Positions 31,844-38,972 of a stretch of DNA of 64,000 bases are shown here, piece by piece. The translations under genes and the position numbers were made by a program. The DNA lies in NCBI GenBank assembly GCA_965237675.1, contig OZ250150.1, forward strand, positions 1,120,001 through 1,184,000. The letters are read 5' to 3'. The DNA comes from Candidatus Latescibacterota bacterium (lineage in GTDB: Bacteria > Latescibacterota > UBA2968 > GCA-2709665). Within the stretch, counting starts at the first letter, position 1. Each line of letters opens with the position of its first letter. The notes under the pieces were generated by a model. It did not search any database. It saw only the letters and a program-made list of their open reading frames with translations, and was not told the origin of the DNA.

Positions 31844-31996
31844 CCACAGCGGACAGCGGTTAGCAAAAAGCCAATCAACAGACGTCAACACCGCAAAGTG
31901 GGCAACCACAAGGGTTGCCCCTACAAACCCCAGCGCGGCGCGCAATGGCTGGCGGCCTCACGGGTCCTCAACTCGCCAGCGGACCACCACAAAAAG

Positions 31997-32068
31997 TGTT
32001 ATCCATGTACCCGAACATCTGTTATCCATGTACCCGAACATCTGTTATCCATGTACCCGGTTTGTACA
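31997..32068. repeat. 23-bp tandem repeat x3 ending in TGTACA; probable orphan IS481-like element end
   Basis: TGTTATCCATGTACCCGAACATC x2 plus TGTTATCCATGTACCCG-GTTTGTACA. Confidence 0.65.
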
Positions 32069-32195
32069 GGCGCACACGAAAAAAGAGCTCTTCAGCGTGT
32101 TTTCACGCCAAAGAGCCCATATAGCCAAGTTGTAAAGGCCGGCGGCTCTTACATCCCCGGCCGTTCATTGAGCCGCGTGGTGTCGGATCCGTCTC

Positions 32196-33500
32196 CTACC
32201 TCTCTCCGATCGACGCATAGTCCCGGTGGTCTTCACCGATATAGACCTGCCGCGGACGTGCGATACGCTGTTCCCGGTCGTTAAGCATCTCCTTCCACTG
32301 CGCCAGCCACCCGGGCATCCGGCCCAATGCGAACATAACGGTCATCATGTCCGTTGGCAGTCCCATGGCCTGATAGATGATGCCTGAATAGAAATCCACA
32401 TTCGGATACAGCTTGTGAGAGACGAAATAATCGTCTTCCAGCGCAATGCGTTCCAATTCCAGAGCAATGTCGATGAGCGGATTCCTGCCGGTCACCTCGA
32501 ACACCGCGTTGGCGGTCTGCTTGATGATCGCGGCTCTGGGATCGTAGTTCTTATATACCCGGTGCCCAAAGCCCTGCAGGCGCACTTCCCGGTTATGCAC
32601 CCGCTTAATGTAGGACGGGATATTATCCACCGACCCGATCTCATTCAGCATCTTTAGCACAGCTTCATTCGCGCCGCCGTGCGCCGGCCCGTAGAGTGCG
32701 GCAGCGGCGCCGGCCGCGGAGGAGTACGCGTCTGCGCCCCCGCTGCCGATGCCGCGCATGGTGCTGGCGCTGCAGTTCTGTTCGTGGTCGGCGTGCAATA
32801 TCAGAAGGACCTCCACCGCGCGTTCCAATGCCGGATCCGGAGTATTGTCGTCAGATCCGCCGAACATCATTCTCAGAAAGTTGCCGCAATACCCCGCCGA
32901 GGGATCCGGATCCACAAAGTCAAGTCCCTGGCTCCGGCGGTACACCATTGCCGCAACCACGGAAGCCCAGCCGATCAATCGCCGAATATGCTGTTCCCGT
33001 GCGTCGTCGGAACTGACGTCCCTTGCGTTTTCGAAAAACGTCGACAATGATCCCAGCACCCCCACCAGCATACCCATTGCGTGAGAGCCCGCCCGATACC
33101 CGTTCACCAGTTGGGTCAGCTTCGGGTCGGCTGTCACGTTCGCCATAATCGACTCGCTCCACGCATCCAGTTGCATCCGGCCGGGAAGTTCTCCATCCAA
33201 CAACAGATATGCCGTTTCCAGGTGGGTGCTGTGCTCGGCGAGTTGCTCGATCGGATATCCACGATATCGGAGAATGCCCATTTCTCCGTCGATAAATGTC
33301 ACGGCGCTCTGACACGAGCCCGTATTCAGGTAGGACGGATCGTATCCGAGCAACCCGAAATCATCCTCCGATACTTTGATCTGTTTCAGATCCGCGGTTC
33401 TGATCGCGGCGCCATATTCGGGGTACGTGCCGTAAAGAATGGGAACATGGTAAGTCTTGCCGGTCCGATTATCCGTTATCGATAGGGAGTCGTTGTTCAT
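32196..33500 (-). CDS. gltA: citrate synthase
   Basis: GILRYRGYPIEQLA, LHADHEQNCS, GPAHGGANEAV, GFGHRVYKNYDPRA and YPNVDFYSG motifs. Confidence 0.96.
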   Translation of the reverse strand: MNNDSLSITDNRTGKTYHVPILYGTYPEYGAAIRTADLKQIKVSEDDFGLLGYDPSYLNTGSCQSAVTFIDGEMGILRYRGYPIEQLAEHSTHLETAYLLLDGELPGRMQLDAWSESIMANVTADPKLTQLVNGYRAGSHAMGMLVGVLGSLSTFFENARDVSSDDAREQHIRRLIGWASVVAAMVYRRSQGLDFVDPDPSAGYCGNFLRMMFGGSDDNTPDPALERAVEVLLILHADHEQNCSASTMRGIGSGGADAYSSAAGAAAALYGPAHGGANEAVLKMLNEIGSVDNIPSYIKRVHNREVRLQGFGHRVYKNYDPRAAIIKQTANAVFEVTGRNPLIDIALELERIALEDDYFVSHKLYPNVDFYSGIIYQAMGLPTDMMTVMFALGRMPGWLAQWKEMLNDREQRIARPRQVYIGEDHRDYASIGER

Positions 33501-33536
33501 CCACACAATTCCTTTCAGATCGTCTTTCCCTGCCGG

Positions 33537-34205
33537 TCAGGCCCGAACCGCGTAGATCATACTTTCAAGCGGTGTTCCGGTCAGGTTATGGTCACACGTT
33601 TGTTGTCGAGTCACCCCGCCGAAAACTCTCTCCAGCGCACGTTCGTACGAATTGCTGGCCACCTGGCTCCAGATCGCCAGCGTTCCTCCCGGGCGCAGCC
33701 TCGTTCGGAGTGCCTGCAGTGTGGAAACGCTATACGCACGCCGGCTTTCCGAACGCACGACCCGGTCGGGACCATTGTCGATATCCAGTACGATGCCGTG
33801 GTAGCTTCGGGGATTGCCCTGAATGTAATCGCAAAAATCGCCGACCACCACTTCCGTGCGCGCATCGTCCAGAATATCGGCATTGCTCAGGTATTCGCGA
33901 TTCCAGTTTACAATTCGCGAATCCAGTTCCACGACACACACGGAACGCACATTCGAATAGGCGAGCGCCTGCCGAAGGGAGATTCCCAACCCCAGACCGC
34001 CGATAAGAACGTTGATGTGCCTGTGGGACTTCAATGTTTCCAGGACGGTGTCCATCAATGCCCGATCGGACGAGGCATTGTAGGTGGCCATCAGGAAAAC
34101 GCCGTTGAAGATAAGTTCGAAATGGGTGACCGTGCCGGCCTTCACGGACGCCAGCTGTAAGTCACCCTGACGGGTGGTTGAATGCTGCACAACCCATCGT
34201 TCCAT
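33537..34205 (-). CDS. spermidine synthase-like SAM-dependent protein
   Basis: NGVFLMAT, LIGGLGLG, VVELD and LDIDNGP motifs. Confidence 0.82.
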   Translation of the reverse strand: MERWVVQHSTTRQGDLQLASVKAGTVTHFELIFNGVFLMATYNASSDRALMDTVLETLKSHRHINVLIGGLGLGISLRQALAYSNVRSVCVVELDSRIVNWNREYLSNADILDDARTEVVVGDFCDYIQGNPRSYHGIVLDIDNGPDRVVRSESRRAYSVSTLQALRTRLRPGGTLAIWSQVASNSYERALERVFGGVTRQQTCDHNLTGTPLESMIYAVRA

Positions 34206-34428
34206 TGCCAGCCCCTGAAACGCCCCATCAGCCACCTTCTCTATCGAAGTCAGAATAGGCACGATATTAAGATAATGTAGAATTGAAATTTGACAAGCAA
34301 ATTTGGACTCAATGACAGGGGGCCAAGGGGTTAAATGGCTTGACAATTTTCGATGCGCATTTAGATTGCCCGTCTGGTGCAACTCCGCCCGACAAATCCA
34401 CGATTTTTCCAGACAATGAGGTCAATCA

Positions 34429-35274
34429 GTGGTCTTACCGGATAGATCCGATTCCTTGCGAGTGGATGAAATCGAACGGGTGAACCACGCAATAATCCGG
34501 GGGCGCTTTCGCTCGGTACTTTTCGATTTCGACGGAACGCTCTCGCTGATCCGCCAGGGTTGGCGGGAAATCATGGTTCCGATGATGGTGGCAACGCTTG
34601 GTGAATGCAACACCGGCGAGACCAGGGCGCAACTTTCCCATGTAGTCGCTGATTTTGTCGACCGGCTGACCGGAAAGCAAACCATTTACCAGATGATGAA
34701 GCTTGGCGAGGAGGTTCAGAAACGCGGAGGCACGCCTCCGGATCCGGTCGCCTACAAACACCGGTATCACGAACGGCTTAACCGTCATATACGTAACCGC
34801 GTTAACGGCCTCCTTTCCAGTAAAATTGCACCGGAAGATATCATGGTGCCAAAGTCGCTGAATCTTCTTCGCAATTTGCAACGCCGGGGACTTACGCTTT
34901 ATCTGGCAAGTGGAACCGACGAGGTGTACGTTAAAGAAGAGGCCGCCCTGCTGGGGCTGACACCGTTCTTTGAAGACCGCGTCTACGGCGCGCTTGATCA
35001 ATATCATAGTTTTTCCAAGGAGAGGGTGATTCAGGATCTGATTGTATCACAGGGCATAGAAGGCGAGGAACTGTTGGGCTTTGGCGATGGATACGTGGAA
35101 ATTGAAAACGTGAAGTCGGCGGGCGGAACGGCCGTGGGCGTCGCATCGGATGAGGAACGCCGCCGGGGGGTGAATGCCTGGAAACGGGAACGGTTGATAC
35201 AGGCGGGGGCGGATCTGATCGTACCGGACTTTCGGAGCCAGGAATTACTCGTGGACTATCTCCTCGATGCTTAG
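34429..35274 (+). CDS. HAD family hydrolase
   Basis: FDFDGTLSLIR, LASGTD and FGDGYVEI motifs. Confidence 0.9.
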   Translation: MVLPDRSDSLRVDEIERVNHAIIRGRFRSVLFDFDGTLSLIRQGWREIMVPMMVATLGECNTGETRAQLSHVVADFVDRLTGKQTIYQMMKLGEEVQKRGGTPPDPVAYKHRYHERLNRHIRNRVNGLLSSKIAPEDIMVPKSLNLLRNLQRRGLTLYLASGTDEVYVKEEAALLGLTPFFEDRVYGALDQYHSFSKERVIQDLIVSQGIEGEELLGFGDGYVEIENVKSAGGTAVGVASDEERRRGVNAWKRERLIQAGADLIVPDFRSQELLVDYLLDA

Positions 35275-35349
35275 TATTCTGTCCCGGAAATAGATTGCCG
35301 GGCCGCTGACGAGAACAGAACGCTCCCGTTACGGCCCAATTTTTTCGTT

Positions 35350-36381
35350 ATGACTTCTTCCGCTCTGAAAAATCTTCTGGATAATTTTCCGGACCTTTCC
35401 ATTCTCGTGGTCGGGGATTATTTCCTGGATCGATACCTCGTTATCGACCCGGATCTCGCGGAAATCTCCCTGGAGACGGGGCGGGAGGCCAGGCAGGTCG
35501 TGCAGGTCCGCAACCGGCCCGGAGCAGCCGGCACGGTGACCAGCAACCTTTGTGCCCTCGGCGTGGGGCGGATTCGAGCGCTGGGGGCGATCGGGGAGGA
35601 TGGGCAGGGGTACGACCTGAAGGCGGGCCTGCTTGCGACTGGCGTGGATACGCGGCATCTGATCGAGGTTTCGGATCTCGTCACGCCAACCTATACAAAG
35701 CCGATTCTCAGCACGACCGGGCAGGAGATGGAGCGACTGGATATCAAGAATCGCTCGCCCATCCACGGCGACGTTGAAAATCGCATCCTCACCACCCTGG
35801 AATCGCTCCTGAGCGAGGTCCACGGCGTGGTCGTGCTCGACCAGGTCCAGGAACGGAATTGTGGTGTGATTACGGATCGCGTTCGGGCGGGAATCGCGCG
35901 CCTCGCAGCGGTGTATCCGGAAATCGTGTTTCTGGCGGATTCCCGTTCACGCGTCGCTGCGTTCAGGAACGTGGTCGCCAAGCCCAACCGCGATGAGGCC
36001 CTCCAGGCGGTGTCCGAAAATTCCGGCACCGAAGCCGAGGCCTGTCTGAACGCCGCCATTCGGTCTTTTGTCGATCGCACCGGACGACCCGTCTATATTA
36101 CACTTGGCCCGGAGGGTATCCTCTGTGACGATGGGAACGCGATTCGCCACGTCCCGGGCATTACAGTGCCCGATCCCATCGATACTGTGGGTGCAGGGGA
36201 TAGCGTTTCCGCCGGGATCATTTCGGCGCTTTGTGCGGGTGCGTCTTACGTCGATGCGGCACGGGTCGGGGTGCTCGTGTCGTCCATTACCATCCAGCAG
36301 ATCGGGACAACCGGCACCGCCTCGCCCGAACAGGTGCTTCGACGGTTCGAGGAATCCTGTCAGGATGCCTGGTTCCTGTAG
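35350..36381 (+). CDS. PfkB family carbohydrate kinase (RfaE domain I-like)
   Basis: VGDYFLDRY, PGAAGTV, KPNRDEA and DTVGAGD motifs. Confidence 0.9.
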   Translation: MTSSALKNLLDNFPDLSILVVGDYFLDRYLVIDPDLAEISLETGREARQVVQVRNRPGAAGTVTSNLCALGVGRIRALGAIGEDGQGYDLKAGLLATGVDTRHLIEVSDLVTPTYTKPILSTTGQEMERLDIKNRSPIHGDVENRILTTLESLLSEVHGVVVLDQVQERNCGVITDRVRAGIARLAAVYPEIVFLADSRSRVAAFRNVVAKPNRDEALQAVSENSGTEAEACLNAAIRSFVDRTGRPVYITLGPEGILCDDGNAIRHVPGITVPDPIDTVGAGDSVSAGIISALCAGASYVDAARVGVLVSSITIQQIGTTGTASPEQVLRRFEESCQDAWFL

Positions 36382-36450
36382 GGGCGACCCACGGGTCGCC
36401 CGCCTGTCCGCGTACACGTTGCATTTGTAGGGGCGGTTCGCGAACCGCCC
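36378..36450 (+). repeat. two GTAG-type REP-like palindromes
   Basis: GTAGGGGCGACCCACGGGTCGCCC (supplies the kinase TAG stop) and GTAGGGGCGGTTCGCGAACCGCCC. Confidence 0.75.
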
Positions 36451-36559
36451 GAATGGTACGGTGAAAGGGGACGGCGGTCCCTCAAGTTTCACCTCTCACC
36501 CGCCCGGTTGTGGGGAAGGGGAGTTTCCCGCTCTATCCAGCGATTCGCCTCTCGCGCAT

Positions 36560-36777
36560 CCGGTCTGGGGGTTGGGGGTTTTTCCGCGCTAAACCGTCCA
36601 GCAACGCATTTCAGTAACGCTTACGACGTACGCAGGGCACCGACATTCGTATTTTTCCCTGCGGTGTTTCGCGGAAAAACCGGCTCCGCGCCGTGCGGCC
36701 TGCCTGCGCCGAGCCGTGCTCGGCAGGCAGGCGCCGTTCTTTTTGGCCCTTTTTCTTTGGCGAGAAAGAAAAAGGGC
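36560..36777 (+). repeat. dispersed structured intergenic repeat, copy E
   Basis: GGGGGTTTTTCCGCGCTAAACCGTCCAGCA...CGCGGAAAAACCGGCTCC...GCCCTTTTTCTTT/AAAGAAAAAGGGC. Confidence 0.78.
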
Positions 36778-36831
36778 ATAGAAAAAAGAAAGGAAGGGAG
36801 GGGGGTAGAAATAGTATCGCAGCGAAGCGTT

Positions 36832-37455
36832 CTAAATATCAAAATGCGCTTCGAGTCGCTCGGGAAGGGACGTCCACCATGCGTCTCCGGCCGAGAGACG
36901 GAGGATGTGCGTGTTACCCGGAACGTCGTTTGCGCCAAGGCCTTTTTCGAAGACGATCGTGCGGGGGTCGCGCTCGAGAAATTTCCCGATGCGTGCTTCC
37001 AGGCGCTCCCGGGTTCGGATGATGCAGGCGCCGGTCAGTTCGGCGGCCGGCAGGTCGAGCAGGTGGTCGACGTTCCAGTGCAGGTTCTTGAGTCTTTTTC
37101 GAGTGAGATTTCCGTCTCCGAGACCGATGGCATTGAATCGCCGCAGCATTTCGTCCCGGATGTTGTGAGGTCGCCTTCGGCCGGTCCGGGTGGCGTGGCG
37201 GACCAGCCGGTTGGCCAGTGACGCGGGGCCCTTCTGTGACATGGCGGACCCGACGTACACGTACTCACCCGCCGGAAGCGTTATGATTTTTCCTCGTTTG
37301 AATCCGCCAAAAGAAAGCGCGGCACTCTCCTTGAGTCGAATCCGCAATACATAAGACCCGCCCTGGAAATCGCCGCCCAGAAAGACGATGGAGGATGCCT
37401 CAGGATTCACGTCAAGCACTTTGTTAATGCAGCGCACGTTGGAACTGCCCCACAT
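36832..37455 (-). CDS. DUF123 / GIY-YIG family nuclease (start may be GTG 37410)
   Basis: GSYVLRI...GEYVYVGSA...RLVRH...LHWNVDHLL pattern. Confidence 0.8.
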   Translation of the reverse strand: MWGSSNVRCINKVLDVNPEASSIVFLGGDFQGGSYVLRIRLKESAALSFGGFKRGKIITLPAGEYVYVGSAMSQKGPASLANRLVRHATRTGRRRPHNIRDEMLRRFNAIGLGDGNLTRKRLKNLHWNVDHLLDLPAAELTGACIIRTRERLEARIGKFLERDPRTIVFEKGLGANDVPGNTHILRLSAGDAWWTSLPERLEAHFDI

Positions 37456-38607
37456 TTACCAGTCGGCACGCAAAGAGCGCCTCAATTCGTCGTACCTTTT
37501 CGCTTCCCACGCCTGATAGTCTTCTGGTGCACGCCAGAATTCCTGCCATGCCGAGTTCAGGAGACCCACGATTGGCGTCAACGCGCCTGGCTTTGCTGTC
37601 ACCACACCGGTCCCTTCGACTCCTTCTTTTGTCGCCGAGACGACTTTCGATAGCAACTCTTCGGGGTAACACTGACGGTATTCGGGCTCTACTTTGTAGC
37701 CCATTATCTCAACGAAATCCCGCCAGGCCGTATCGATCCGCTCCACTTCCCCACCGAAGCCGTTCGCCGTCAGCATCGACAGCATCGCACGCATACGTGC
37801 ATCGTCTGCCGGGTGCGTTGATACAAACTTCAGAGGAGTCTCGAAGGGATCACCACCGCGTTTTACACATAGGTGATAATGAGACCAGGCAAAGGCCGGT
37901 CCTGTTGTCAGCACACCGAAGAGGTCACAGAAAAACTCTTCCATCCAGTATTTCGTCCACGAAGTTTCCCACAAACGTAGTTGATAGACCTTTCCCTTCG
38001 GCTTGTTTATGCGTTCGGCGGCTGTGATTTCACCTCTAAAGTACTCTACCATGTGAAACAGGTTTCGCTTGTAGGCCGCATGGTATGATACAAGAGCCGG
38101 AAGATCTAGTTTCTGCTTGTAATGAAACGGATGGCAAAGTTCGTGATAAATATCTGGGAGATGAAGCAGAAACCGGCTCTCGATTAAAGGCAAACAGAGA
38201 AGATTAAAGTCCCGATAAATATGAAAATAGCCCTGAGAGATATGGCTAACGACTGGGCGAATCAGAGGATACATTATCTCGCCGCAAACATCCGTAATCA
38301 GGCGGTTAAGGAACTCATCGTCTCGACTCACCCGGCTGAGGGCGAATGCGCCGACGTTTTCAACATTGTTGAGTTGACTTACAATGCGTTTAAATTCTCT
38401 CACTCGCCGGGGTGTCTGTAACGCCGTATCGACAATCGTCTCCGCGGACAATCGTTGTAGAGAAGCCTGCGACTCGTTGAGTTGTTTCAAACAGATCTTC
38501 CGCAATCTGTCATATTCGCACGGGTATTTCCCCTGTACGATTTGGCGTAACTGACGCGCCCGCTCGAGTGATTGGTCAATGGACCCGGTCAAGTACTTCT
38601 CGACCAT
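37456..38607 (-). CDS. putative zinc metallopeptidase (HExxH, gluzincin/M48-like) in the pAgo operon
   Basis: YHELCH (HELCH at 38145-38131), downstream EEFFCD third-ligand motif and STHPADDAR; ATG 38607 overlaps the upstream stop (TGATG). Confidence 0.7.
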   Translation of the reverse strand: MVEKYLTGSIDQSLERARQLRQIVQGKYPCEYDRLRKICLKQLNESQASLQRLSAETIVDTALQTPRRVREFKRIVSQLNNVENVGAFALSRVSRDDEFLNRLITDVCGEIMYPLIRPVVSHISQGYFHIYRDFNLLCLPLIESRFLLHLPDIYHELCHPFHYKQKLDLPALVSYHAAYKRNLFHMVEYFRGEITAAERINKPKGKVYQLRLWETSWTKYWMEEFFCDLFGVLTTGPAFAWSHYHLCVKRGGDPFETPLKFVSTHPADDARMRAMLSMLTANGFGGEVERIDTAWRDFVEIMGYKVEPEYRQCYPEELLSKVVSATKEGVEGTGVVTAKPGALTPIVGLLNSAWQEFWRAPEDYQAWEAKRYDELRRSLRADW

Positions 38608-38972
38608 CAATGCCCCCGAATTCGCCGGGCAATGTCCGCCCGTTCCTGTTCCAGTCTCTGAGCAAGGCTTTCTAACTTTTCGTGATAGCTAATATCAACC
38701 TGGCCATTGAGTAGACACTTGCCAAGCGCTTTCAGGCCGACGAAGGGGTCGCCGGTGTTTGACCGAAGCAAGCTGTCCAGGGTCAGCGCTTCAACGGATT
38801 GGGATTTGAGACCCTGATCGCTGGCATCGACAAGAAGCTGACCGAGTTTCAACTGATCTGGATCCGGCGAAAAAGTTCCGCCCTCTTCAAGGCGTTCAAT
38901 TACCCTGTCTATCAAGCTGCCATATTCCTCCACATCGGCGTAAACCCCCCTCAGCAAACTCAAATCACTCAT
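38607..38972 (-). CDS. 121-aa hypothetical helical protein in the pAgo operon
   Basis: ATGA overlap with the pAgo stop, GGAGG RBS, TGATG overlap with the next gene. Confidence 0.8.
   Translation of the reverse strand: MSDLSLLRGVYADVEEYGSLIDRVIERLEEGGTFSPDPDQLKLGQLLVDASDQGLKSQSVEALTLDSLLRSNTGDPFVGLKALGKCLLNGQVDISYHEKLESLAQRLEQERADIARRIRGH

Noticed and set aside
31997-32068. Possible CRISPR array
   Set aside because: The repeats are contiguous with no spacers; I saw no repeat-spacer array or cas1/cas2 in the window, so the Cas4-like gene is not CRISPR-linked here
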